Shown here one piece after another: positions 8,286 to 16,348 of a stretch of 64,000 nt of DNA. The first letter of the stretch is position 1. Every line of letters begins with the position of its first letter. This DNA is from an uncultured Solirubrobacterales bacterium. Lineage in GTDB: Bacteria; Actinomycetota; Thermoleophilia; Solirubrobacterales; 70-9. Both the position numbers and the translations under genes were made by a program. The stretch lies in NCBI GenBank assembly GCA_963729075.1, contig CAVSMU010000007.1, positions 219,543 to 283,542 on the forward strand, in the 5' to 3' direction. The notes under the pieces were generated by a model. The model made no database searches and was not told where the DNA came from. It saw only the letters and a list, made by a program, of their open reading frames with translations.

Positions 8286-9233
8286 ATGGAGACCGCGACG
8301 TCGATCGAGCTCGACGGGCAGTATCGGGCGCTGCGCGAGAGCGCCGGCGTGCTGAGGCGCACCGAGCGGCGCGTGCTCGACGTTGGCGGCACCGAGGCAG
8401 CCGAGTATCTCCAGGGCCAACTGACCAACGACGTCGAGGCGCTCGCCGACGGCGAGGGCTGCTACTCGGCGCTGCTCGACCGCAAGGGCCGCATGCAGGG
8501 CGATATGCGGGTCCTGCGGCTCGCCGACGGGTTCGGGATCGGCACCGAGGAGATCGCCGCACCCGCCGTCATGCGCCACCTCGAGATGTACAAGATCGGC
8601 CGCGATGTCTCGCTCACCGACCGCAGCTCCGAGCTCGCGGTGATCTCGGTGATCGGGCCGGGCGCGGCGGAGATCGTGCTCGCCGGGCCGGCCGGCTCCG
8701 AGCACAGCCACCGCGAGGTGCGGCTCGGCGAGCTCCGGGCACGCGCGGTCGCCACCGACCTCGGCGTCGACCTGGTCGTTGAGGCGGCGAAGGAGTCGGC
8801 TGCGCTCGCCGCGCTGGAGGCCGCCGGCGCCGAGCCGGTGAGCGAGGAGGCGGCGGAGATCGTTCGCGTCGAGAGCGGGCGCCCGCGATTCGGTCGCGAG
8901 ATGACCACCGCGACGATCCCCGAGGAGGCCGGGATCAACGAGCGCGCGGTCAGTTTCACCAAGGGCTGCTACATCGGTCAGGAGACCGTCGCCAGGCTGC
9001 ACTACAAGGGCAAGCCCAACCGCAGCCTTCGCGGGCTGCGGCTCTCGGCCCCGGTCGCCGCCGGCGACCCTATCCGCCTGGGCGAGCGCGAGCTGGGCCA
9101 GGTGGGTACGGCGGTCCTCTCCCCCGCTCGCGGCCCGATCGCGCTCGCGATCGTCCGCCGAGAGGCCGAGCCGGGAGCAACCGTCGCGGTCGGCGACGGG
9201 GCCGACGCCGAGGTCGTCGACCTGCCGTTCTGA
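8286..9233 (+). CDS. YgfZ/GcvT-like folate-binding protein
   Basis: The in-frame ATG at 8286 begins METATSIELDGQYRALRESAGVL...GTEAAEYLQGQLTNDV. The C-terminal KGCYIGQE motif is characteristic of YgfZ. Confidence 0.85.
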   Translation: METATSIELDGQYRALRESAGVLRRTERRVLDVGGTEAAEYLQGQLTNDVEALADGEGCYSALLDRKGRMQGDMRVLRLADGFGIGTEEIAAPAVMRHLEMYKIGRDVSLTDRSSELAVISVIGPGAAEIVLAGPAGSEHSHREVRLGELRARAVATDLGVDLVVEAAKESAALAALEAAGAEPVSEEAAEIVRVESGRPRFGREMTTATIPEEAGINERAVSFTKGCYIGQETVARLHYKGKPNRSLRGLRLSAPVAAGDPIRLGERELGQVGTAVLSPARGPIALAIVRREAEPGATVAVGDGADAEVVDLPF

Positions 9234-9284
9234 GGCGACGAACCAGCGCTCGGGCGCCAGGGCTTCGGTTAGTGTTGCCCGCGA

Positions 9285-9701
9285 ATGAGCGTCGGGAGCA
9301 GGCTCATCTTGCCGGTCGCCGCGGTCGCGGCCGCGTTCGCGATCTCGGCCTGCGGCGAGGACGATTTCGAGAACAATCCCCGCCCGCCGTCGCCGATCGA
9401 GCTCACCGCGCTGATCAACGACAGCAAGGTCAAGGTCAGCCCGAGCACCGCCGCGGCAGTCGGCGCCGGGCTGGCGACCTTCACGATCTCGAACCAGTCG
9501 ACCGAGCCGGCGGCGCTGGTTCTCGAGGGCCCGACCGATGAGGCGAGCGACGAGATCCTGCCGGGCGGCACGGGCAGCATGAAGGTCGCGCTCGAGGAGG
9601 GCGACTACGTGGTCTCGACCGGGGTCTCGGACCCGCGCGAGAGCTCGCTCGAGGTCGGGCCCGAGCGGAAGAGCTCCCAGAACGAGCTGCTGCTGCCCTA
9701 G
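9285..9701 (+). CDS. hypothetical lipoprotein (possible cupredoxin-like beta-sandwich)
   Basis: Signal peptide plus lipobox (AFAISAC). 138 aa. The fold assignment is a guess from the pattern of short beta-strand-like segments. Confidence 0.6.
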   Translation: MSVGSRLILPVAAVAAAFAISACGEDDFENNPRPPSPIELTALINDSKVKVSPSTAAAVGAGLATFTISNQSTEPAALVLEGPTDEASDEILPGGTGSMKVALEEGDYVVSTGVSDPRESSLEVGPERKSSQNELLLP

Positions 9702-11023
9702 TCCGTGTCCCCCGGGCCGGCCTCGGCGGCCGCGTCGGCCACGAGCGCCTCGATCTGCGCGAGCTCGGCTTCGACGTCGGAGACAATCGCCTCGATCCCC
9801 TCGCGCGCCTTGGCGGAGCTCTTGTCGACGTTGGTCAGCGCCAGGCGTACGCTCTGCGCTCGGCTCAGGGCAGACCGCGCCGCCTCGGCCGCGTCGCGAA
9901 CGCCGGCTGCGTCGACCTCGAGCGCTCGGTCACGCGCCATCAGCACTCGCAGCCGGGCGTAGCGATAGGCGAGCTCGAGCGCCATCTCATCCGGCAGCTC
10001 GGGGTCGACCGCAACGATCAGCTTGTTGCCCTCGTACTCGAGCAGCTGCTCGCGCTTGGCGGGAATGCTCTCCTCGCCGGCGACCACAAGGACTGCGAAG
10101 TCGGCCTGGCGCTCAGCCATCGCTGCGTTCAGCTCGTTCCACGCGGCGTTGCGCGAGAGCTGGTCGTCCTTGTCCTCGAACACGATCTTGCCCAGGCAGG
10201 CACCGTCGGCGGCGCCGACCTCGACGACGGTGTCGCCCTTCTTCGAGCCGCCCTCGCCGCGCTCGTCGCCGACGTGTAGCGCGCAGTCGCCGCGCGCGAC
10301 AGCGATCCGCTCGATCGCGGCATGGACGCGATCCTCGAACGTGCGCCCCTTGGCGGTTCCACGCTGGGCCTCCTCGGCGACGCGCTGGTCGGCGTCCTCG
10401 CGCTCGAGCAGCCGGGCGAGCTCCTTGCGCAGCTCGCCCACCTGGCCGTGCATCGCGCGGGCCTCCTCGCGATGGCTCTCGCGCAGCCGTTCGACCTCGT
10501 GGCGGTGGCGCTCCTCGGCCTCGAGCATCGCCTTGCCGAGCCGGGCCTGGATCGCGACCAGCGGATTCGACCCGTCCTCGGCGGTGAGCGCGCCGAGCAG
10601 CGCCTCTCGGTGAGCGCGCGACTCGGCGCCTACGATCTCCTTGATCTGGGCCTGGACCGAGTCGCTGCGCTCTGCACCGAAGGTCGTGGCGATGCGCTCG
10701 GCGAGCGCCTCCGCCGCCTCCTCGAGCGTCCCCCCGAGCTTGCGGTCGAGCTCGCCGAGCCCGCTCTCGAGCTCGCGGCGGACGTAGTCGACATTGGCGG
10801 CGGTCTCCTCACTGTCCAGCACCCGGGCGCCGATCTCGACTGCATCGCGAACGGTTTCGGTCGCGGGGTGGCCGGCCTCGGCGCGCTCGCGGACGAGCCT
10901 CGCCGCGCGCCTGTCGTCGATCTCGAGCCGCTCGATCACGAGCCGGTCGTCGATCGCGCGCACGGACCCGTCGCCGCCGGGGCCTTCGTCGAACGGGAGC
11001 TGGGGTCTTTCGGACGCTTCCAT
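9698..11023 (-). CDS. coiled-coil protein with a DUF2130/RmuC-like putative PD-(D/E)xK nuclease core
   Basis: 441 aa with long charged helical regions. The core is GDCALHVGD...KGDTVVEV...GKIVFEDKDDQLSRNAAWNELNAAMAERQADFAVLVV, giving a D...E-x-K arrangement. Confidence 0.6.
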   Translation of the reverse strand: MEASERPQLPFDEGPGGDGSVRAIDDRLVIERLEIDDRRAARLVRERAEAGHPATETVRDAVEIGARVLDSEETAANVDYVRRELESGLGELDRKLGGTLEEAAEALAERIATTFGAERSDSVQAQIKEIVGAESRAHREALLGALTAEDGSNPLVAIQARLGKAMLEAEERHRHEVERLRESHREEARAMHGQVGELRKELARLLEREDADQRVAEEAQRGTAKGRTFEDRVHAAIERIAVARGDCALHVGDERGEGGSKKGDTVVEVGAADGACLGKIVFEDKDDQLSRNAAWNELNAAMAERQADFAVLVVAGEESIPAKREQLLEYEGNKLIVAVDPELPDEMALELAYRYARLRVLMARDRALEVDAAGVRDAAEAARSALSRAQSVRLALTNVDKSSAKAREGIEAIVSDVEAELAQIEALVADAAAEAGPGDTD

Positions 11024-11150
11024 GGGGACTCACGAAGGTAGTCGGGGCCCCGGACACAAAGCTGACGCTGCAATGACTCGCCCCTTGGCTTGGGTTCGCG
11101 ACCGAGGGCGGGGCCTGCCGCGGCGAGATCGCCCGATTTCGCGTTCACTG

Positions 11151-11183
11151 TCGTGTTAAGCACCGTATGCGTGCTTAACGCGA
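11151..11183. promoter_or_regulatory. inverted repeat TCGtGTTAAGCAC-N7-GTGCTTAACgCGA in the divergent intergenic region upstream of ccr
   Basis: 9 bp are perfect (GTTAAGCAC/GTGCTTAAC, 11155-11163 and 11171-11179). The arms extend to 13 bp with one mismatch. Locally AT-rich, about 75 nt upstream of the ccr start. Confidence 0.5.
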
Positions 11184-11255
11184 CAATCGATTCGGTGGCG
11201 GAGTCGCCGCGCCGCTACGATGCCCGCGCTCGTAGCACCGACCTGAGGGAGAGCC

Positions 11256-12524
11256 GTGGCCGTAGACGTAGCGGAGGTTTCCAAGCTCGACGTGGAGCCG
11301 GGCGCCCTGCCCGAGACGATGGCGGCCTGGGTGATCCGCCAGGACCGCGAGGGGGAGCCCAAGGACGCCTTCCAGATCGAGCAGATCGAGGTTCCCGAGC
11401 CCGGGGCGTTCGAGGTGATCGTCCGCGTCATGGCGGCCGGCGTGAACTTCAACAACGTCTGGGCGGCGCTCGGCAAGCCGGTCTCGGTGTTCAACTACGG
11501 CGACCACCCGGAGTACGGTCATCACATCGGCGGCTCCGACGCCTCCGGGATCGTCTGGAAGGTCGGCGAGGGCGTCACCCGCTGGCAGCCCGGCGACGAG
11601 GTCGTGATCCACTGCAACCAGGCCTCATACGAGGACGTCGAGGTGCACGGACTCGACCCGATGGCCGCCCCGAGCCAGGAGATCTGGGGTTATGAGACGA
11701 CCTGGGGCTCGTTCGCCCAGTTCACCAAGGTGCAGGCGCAGCAGCTGCTGCCGAAGCCCCGGAACCTGTCCTGGGTCGAGTCGTCGGCCTACGGGCTCAC
11801 CTACTTCACCGCCTACCGGATGCTGTTCGACCGCTGCAAGGTGCAGGCCGGCCACAACGTGCTGATCTGGGGCGCGGCCGGCGGGCTGGGCGTGTTCGCG
11901 ACCCAGCTCTGCAAGGCCGCCGGGGCGAACGCCGTCGGCGTCGTCTCCTCCGACGAGAAGGGCGAGCTGGTCAAGCAGCTGGGCGCCGTGGACTACGTGA
12001 ACCGCAGCGAGTTCGGCGAGATGATGCGGACCACCGACAACCATCCGTTCGTCGATCGCGACGCCGAGAAGGAGCGCTTCAAGGCGTCGCGCGGCTTCGC
12101 CAAGCGCGTCAAGGAGATCCTCGGGGACGCGCCCGACATCGTCTTCGAGCACGTCGGGCAGGCAACCTTCCCGACCTCCGTGTTCACGGTGAAGCCGTTC
12201 GGCAAGGTCGTGATCTGCGGCGCCACCTCGGGCTACACGCTCGACTTCGACGTGCGCTACCTATGGATGAAGCAGAAGGAGATCCTCGGCTCGCACTTCG
12301 CGAACGCCTATGAGTGCATGCGGGCGAACCAGCTCATGGCGGAGGGCAAGGTCCGGCCCGTCCTCTCGCAGGTGATGGACTTCGACGGCGTCCCGGAGGC
12401 CCACCAGATGCTCCACGAGAACCGGCACTCGGGGAAGATCTCGATTCGCGTCGGGGCCACCGACGACTCCCAGGGCAAGCACGAGGAGGGCGCGGGCGCG
12501 ATCTGGGCCGAGGTCGGCGCCTAG
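11256..12524 (+). CDS. ccr: crotonyl-CoA carboxylase/reductase
   Basis: 422 aa. MAAGVNFNNVWAALGKPVSVF...HHIGGSDASGIVWKVGEGV...EIWGYETTWGSFAQFTKVQAQQLLPKP is the Ccr-specific MDR pattern. GTG start preceded by GGGAGAG. Confidence 0.9.
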   Translation: MAVDVAEVSKLDVEPGALPETMAAWVIRQDREGEPKDAFQIEQIEVPEPGAFEVIVRVMAAGVNFNNVWAALGKPVSVFNYGDHPEYGHHIGGSDASGIVWKVGEGVTRWQPGDEVVIHCNQASYEDVEVHGLDPMAAPSQEIWGYETTWGSFAQFTKVQAQQLLPKPRNLSWVESSAYGLTYFTAYRMLFDRCKVQAGHNVLIWGAAGGLGVFATQLCKAAGANAVGVVSSDEKGELVKQLGAVDYVNRSEFGEMMRTTDNHPFVDRDAEKERFKASRGFAKRVKEILGDAPDIVFEHVGQATFPTSVFTVKPFGKVVICGATSGYTLDFDVRYLWMKQKEILGSHFANAYECMRANQLMAEGKVRPVLSQVMDFDGVPEAHQMLHENRHSGKISIRVGATDDSQGKHEEGAGAIWAEVGA

Positions 12525-12546
12525 CCAGGGAATAGGCTTCGCGGCG

Positions 12547-12864
12547 ATGGAGGTCCACTACATCGAATGGCACATCGTCCCGTTCCGCCGCGACCGCTTC
12601 CTCGAGATCTGGCGCCCGGCCCTCGACCGCGCGCTCGCGTTCGGCGCCAAGGGCGCCTTCCTCAGCCGCAACGAGGACGACACCCTGCACATCCGCCAGG
12701 TGACGATGTGGGAGGACCGCGCCGATCACGAGCGCTGGTGGTTCTCCGACGAGCTCTCGGCCCTGCGCGAGGAGGCGCTCGCCTATTACCACAAGCCGAT
12801 CGACGCGCACTGGCACGCGCGGATCGCTGACGCCGCCGTACAGGCGTCCAACGGCCAGACCTAG
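12547..12864 (+). CDS. small hypothetical protein, possibly ABM (ferredoxin-like alpha+beta) fold
   Basis: 105-aa ORF starting 22 nt after ccr on the same strand. The W/H-rich sequence (MWEDRADHERWWFSDEL) resembles ABM-domain proteins. Confidence 0.55.
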   Translation: MEVHYIEWHIVPFRRDRFLEIWRPALDRALAFGAKGAFLSRNEDDTLHIRQVTMWEDRADHERWWFSDELSALREEALAYYHKPIDAHWHARIADAAVQASNGQT

Positions 12865-13799
12865 GCGACGAGGCGGAGCCGCTCGCGGCTGCGCAGCGCG
12901 AACGCCTCGCCGACCTCGACCAGGATCGAGACCATCTCCTCGGCGGCCGGGGGCCGCGCGCCCTCGGCGCGGGTCACGGCCCAGACCCGGCGCTCGGGCG
13001 CGGGCGGATCGGTCGCGCGGACGACGAGATCGTCGCGCAGCGTCGGCAGGGCCAGGTCGGGTAGCAGGGTGAAGCCGAGGCCGGCCGAGATGAAGCCCTG
13101 CATCACGCCGTAGTCGTCGCTCCAGAATCCGACCTTCGGCTCGAAGCCCGCATCGCGACAGGCCCGGATGACCACCTCGCCGCACGAGCTCGCGCCCGAC
13201 CCGCAGAGCCATTCCTCGTCGGACAGCTCGGCCAGTGCGACGACCTGGCGCTCGGCGAGCTTGTGCCCACTCGGCAACGCCAGGTGCATCGACTCGGTCA
13301 GAACCAGGGTCCGCTCGAGGTCGCGCTCCTCGGACTCGGGGACCGACGGGTAATCGAACGACAGGGCGAGATCCAGCTCGCCGCCCCGCAGGCGGGGCAG
13401 CGACTCCTCGGGCTCGGCGTCCGCGATGCTCAGCCGAACCTTCGGGTGGCGCTCGTGAAAGATCGAGACGGCCTCCGTGAGCAGGGTCGCGCTCGCGGAC
13501 GGGAAGCTGGCCAGCCGGAGCTCGCCGCCCTCGAGCCCGGCGATCGACGCGAGCTCGCGCTCGGCCTCCTCGAGGCGCGCGATCGCGGCGTCGGCGTGCG
13601 AGACGAGGACGCGGCCGGCGTCGGTGAGCTTCGGGCCCTCGCGCGTGCGGTCGAGAAGCTTCATCCCGACCTCGCGCTCGAGCGTCGCGATCTGCTGGCT
13701 CACCGCCGACTGGGAGAGGTAGAGCTCGTCGGCCGCGGCCGAGAACGAGCCGCGCTGCGCGACCTCGCGCAGGATCCGCAGGCGCTTCACATCGAGCAT
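12861..13799 (-). CDS. LysR-family transcriptional regulator
   Basis: N-terminal HTH (LRILREVAQRGSFSAAADELYLSQSAVSQQIATLE) followed by a LysR substrate-binding domain. Confidence 0.92.
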   Translation of the reverse strand: MLDVKRLRILREVAQRGSFSAAADELYLSQSAVSQQIATLEREVGMKLLDRTREGPKLTDAGRVLVSHADAAIARLEEAERELASIAGLEGGELRLASFPSASATLLTEAVSIFHERHPKVRLSIADAEPEESLPRLRGGELDLALSFDYPSVPESEERDLERTLVLTESMHLALPSGHKLAERQVVALAELSDEEWLCGSGASSCGEVVIRACRDAGFEPKVGFWSDDYGVMQGFISAGLGFTLLPDLALPTLRDDLVVRATDPPAPERRVWAVTRAEGARPPAAEEMVSILVEVGEAFALRSRERLRLVA

Positions 13800-13812
13800 A
13801 AGTGGACCTTAT
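13798..13812. promoter_or_regulatory. LysR-type T-N11-A box ATAAG-N5-CTTAT overlapping the LysR start codon
   Basis: ATAAGTGGACCTTAT is a palindrome with T-N11-A geometry in the divergent region between the LysR gene and ORF 13932. Confidence 0.45.
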
Positions 13813-13931
13813 CAGGTCGGACAGGAATCGATGTTGCGCTAATAGCCACCCAGCAGGACGATGCACTTGTCACGAAACCGCCACCCCGGGCCGTTTCAGA
13901 GACAGACCACGAAGCGAGCGAGGTGAATGAC

Positions 13932-14294
13932 ATGAGGCACGACACCGCCCCCACGATCAACAGCGAGATCACGATCCGCAGGATGGATCTCGCCGATGCC
14001 GATCGCGACTCGGTCGCCGAGCTCGCCGATCTGGATTCGCGCCGTGCCCCGGACGGGCCGGTGCTCGGAGCCGAGGTCGAGGGCACGCTGCTCGCGGCCA
14101 TCTCACTCACCACCGGCGACGTGATCGCCGACCCGTTCAGCCGCACCGCCGAGCTGCGACCCCTGCTCGAGACGCGCGCCGTGCAGCTGCGCCGGCGCCG
14201 TTCGAAGCCCGGCCTGCGACTCCCGCGCCGCAGCCGCCCCGCCGTCGGCGGCGCGCCCGCCGGCTCGATCATCCGGCTCCCCCGCTGGGGCTGA
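13932..14294 (+). CDS. hypothetical protein
   Basis: The in-frame ATG at 13932 gives MRHDTAPTINSEITIRRMDLADADRDSVAELADLDS... with a basic tail. It is divergent from the LysR gene. Family not recognised. Confidence 0.5.
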   Translation: MRHDTAPTINSEITIRRMDLADADRDSVAELADLDSRRAPDGPVLGAEVEGTLLAAISLTTGDVIADPFSRTAELRPLLETRAVQLRRRRSKPGLRLPRRSRPAVGGAPAGSIIRLPRWG

Positions 14295-14325
14295 TCACGC
14301 CCCCGCCTCGCTGGGGCAGTAAGAG

Positions 14326-14355
14326 CACCGGGACGGTCACCCCGCCGTCCCGGTG
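14326..14355. terminator. GC-rich hairpin between convergent genes (bidirectional terminator candidate)
   Basis: CACCGGGACGG (14326-14336) pairs perfectly with CCGTCCCGGTG (14345-14355) across an 8-nt loop. There is no clear U-tract. Confidence 0.5.
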
Positions 14356-14360
14356 CCGCC

Positions 14361-14582
14361 TCAATGCTGCTCGAGCGGGGCCATCGTGAGCCCGGCGTCC
14401 TTGAGCTGCTGCCAGTAGAGCTCAGCCGGCTCCTGGGCGCCGGTCCAGACGATCGCCTGGCCGGTGTTGTGGATCCGGTCGGCCAACCGATGCCCCTCCT
14501 CGAGCGTCACCCCGGGGATCACGTTCGCGAGCGTCCGGGCGACGTGGTCGAAGGTGTTGTGATCGTCGTTGAGGACGATCAC
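14361..14582 (-). CDS. clpS: ATP-dependent Clp protease adaptor ClpS. The coordinates use the first canonical start (GTG 14582), but the true N-terminus probably lies upstream, possibly ATC at 14651.
   Basis: VIVLNDDHNTFDHVARTL...GQAIVWTG matches the ClpS core. Homology-like sequence (ISTETLERPKGAGPGEGLGGNWL) continues upstream with no ATG/GTG/TTG. Confidence 0.85.
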   Translation of the reverse strand: MIVLNDDHNTFDHVARTLANVIPGVTLEEGHRLADRIHNTGQAIVWTGAQEPAELYWQQLKDAGLTMAPLEQH

Positions 14583-14663
14583 GAGCCAGTTTCCCCCGAG
14601 CCCTTCACCGGGGCCTGCACCCTTGGGCCGCTCGAGTGTCTCGGTTGAGATCGCGCCTCCCGG

Positions 14664-15347
14664 CTACGGGACCGCCACGGCGACCTTCTTGACGGTCGCG
14701 GCGACACTCCCGCTCTTCTGCTTCTGGCTGCCGACGGCAAAGCGGATCTTGCGGCCGGAGACCTGCCCCGGATTGGGGTCGTCGACCCTGGCGACCTCCT
14801 TGCCGTTCACCAGTGCCCGGACCACCGCACCCGAGGCGATCACCCGGAGCTGGTTGCGCTCGTTGATCTTGGAGATTGCATTGCTCGTGCCCCGTACGGG
14901 GAACCCGCCGGCGGAGGGTCCGCGTCGGAGCTCGAAGCGCTTCTTTTGCGGGAAGACCCTGAGCGTGTACCCGACCCCGCCGCCGCCGGCCCGGACGGTG
15001 AGCTCGACGAACGCGCCGCCACGCAGACCCTTGTCGGTCCGCTTCAGGATCTTCCCCGCGACGGTCACGGAGTGGTTGGGAAGCTCGGTGTCGCCCTGGA
15101 CGGGCGGCCGGAACGAGCACGTCGTCGGGCTCCGCTTCACCGCCGCCCGCATCGACTTGCCCTTCTTGCGCCAGCTGCGGTCGCAGCGCTTGCCGCCGCC
15201 CGACTTGATGATCTCCTTGAACTCGGCACGGCTTCCGAAGCCGTTGTCGTAGACGGTCACGGCCGCCATCGCGCTACCCACGGCCGCGGCCGCAAGGGCC
15301 GCCGCCGCGAGCGCGAACACGCTTCGTGTGAGCTTGAGGTTCCTCAT
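14664..15347 (-). CDS. secreted hypothetical protein (possible DUF1080/LamG-like jelly-roll)
   Basis: Signal peptide MRNLKLTRSVFALAAAALAAAAVGSAMA. The C-terminal pattern NQLRVIASGAVVRALVNGKEVARVDDPNPGQVSGRKIRF resembles DUF1080 proteins. Tentative. Confidence 0.55.
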   Translation of the reverse strand: MRNLKLTRSVFALAAAALAAAAVGSAMAAVTVYDNGFGSRAEFKEIIKSGGGKRCDRSWRKKGKSMRAAVKRSPTTCSFRPPVQGDTELPNHSVTVAGKILKRTDKGLRGGAFVELTVRAGGGGVGYTLRVFPQKKRFELRRGPSAGGFPVRGTSNAISKINERNQLRVIASGAVVRALVNGKEVARVDDPNPGQVSGRKIRFAVGSQKQKSGSVAATVKKVAVAVP

Positions 15348-15426
15348 CGGGGCACCGGCTCCGCCGCAGCGTAGCCGTGGAGAACCCTGAACACCGCCGC
15401 GACCGCTGGGGTGCGGTCAGAGAATT

Positions 15427-16266
15427 TCAGTCGGCGCTGCCGTCCTCGCGGCGGCTCCAATAGCGCTCGAGTCCGAGCCACTGCTGCTCGGGGGGTGCCG
15501 CCTGGCGCGCCCGCTCAGCCGTCTCCGGGTCGGCGTGGGCGTCGAGCTCGGCCTCGACGGCCTCGAGGAAGGAGGCACGCCCGCGCCTCGCGAGCTCGGC
15601 GCTGCGGCGCAGGCTCTCGCGCAGGCGCTCGAGCTGCGCCCCGACGTCCTCGGCGGCGCCGAAGTGGGTCAGGCGCAGGCGGGCGGGCTCCAGGGCCTCG
15701 ATGCGGTCGACCGAGTCCAGCCAGGCCGCGACGTCGATCTCCGGCGGCGGCGTCGGCGCCAGGGTGAACCCGGTCGGCGGGATCCGTACCCCGGCCATGT
15801 CGCCGACGTAGGCGTCGCCGGTGTCCAGGTCGAGATAGCAGAGGTGGTGACTCGCGTGCCCCGGGGTGTGCAGGACGCGAAAGCCCTCCACCTCCTCCCC
15901 GCCGGCGAGCGGGATCAGGTTGCCCTCGGGCACCGGGGCGACCTCGCCCCAGAGGCGGGCCATGTTCTCCTCGCCATAGAGGCGCCCGGCGCTGCGCAGC
16001 AGCCGCGACGGGTCGGCCAGGTGCGGGGCACCCACCTCGCTCACATAGACGCGCAACTTCGGAAAGCGCCGCACCAGGACCCCGGCGGCGCCGGCGTGGT
16101 CGAGGTGGATGTGGGTGAGCACGAGCCCGCGCGGCTCCTCCTCGAGCTCGTCGATCCAGCTGTCGAGCGCCGAGGCCGGGCCGGGGTCGACGAGCAGGCC
16201 GCGGACCAGGTGGACGCCGATCACCCGGTCGCGGCCGAGGTGCAAGACGTCGATCTCGCGGACCAT
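15427..16266 (-). CDS. MBL-fold metallo-hydrolase
   Basis: THIHLDHAG (HxHxDH) motif, a later HTPGH and the overall beta-lactamase-fold spacing. Confidence 0.88.
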   Translation of the reverse strand: MVREIDVLHLGRDRVIGVHLVRGLLVDPGPASALDSWIDELEEEPRGLVLTHIHLDHAGAAGVLVRRFPKLRVYVSEVGAPHLADPSRLLRSAGRLYGEENMARLWGEVAPVPEGNLIPLAGGEEVEGFRVLHTPGHASHHLCYLDLDTGDAYVGDMAGVRIPPTGFTLAPTPPPEIDVAAWLDSVDRIEALEPARLRLTHFGAAEDVGAQLERLRESLRRSAELARRGRASFLEAVEAELDAHADPETAERARQAAPPEQQWLGLERYWSRREDGSAD

Positions 16267-16348
16267 GGCAGCAAGCTACCCGGCCCGGTCGGCGGCCATG
16301 CCCGGTGGTGGCCGACCGCCCCACGGCCCCGGCTTAGAATCTCTGCCG

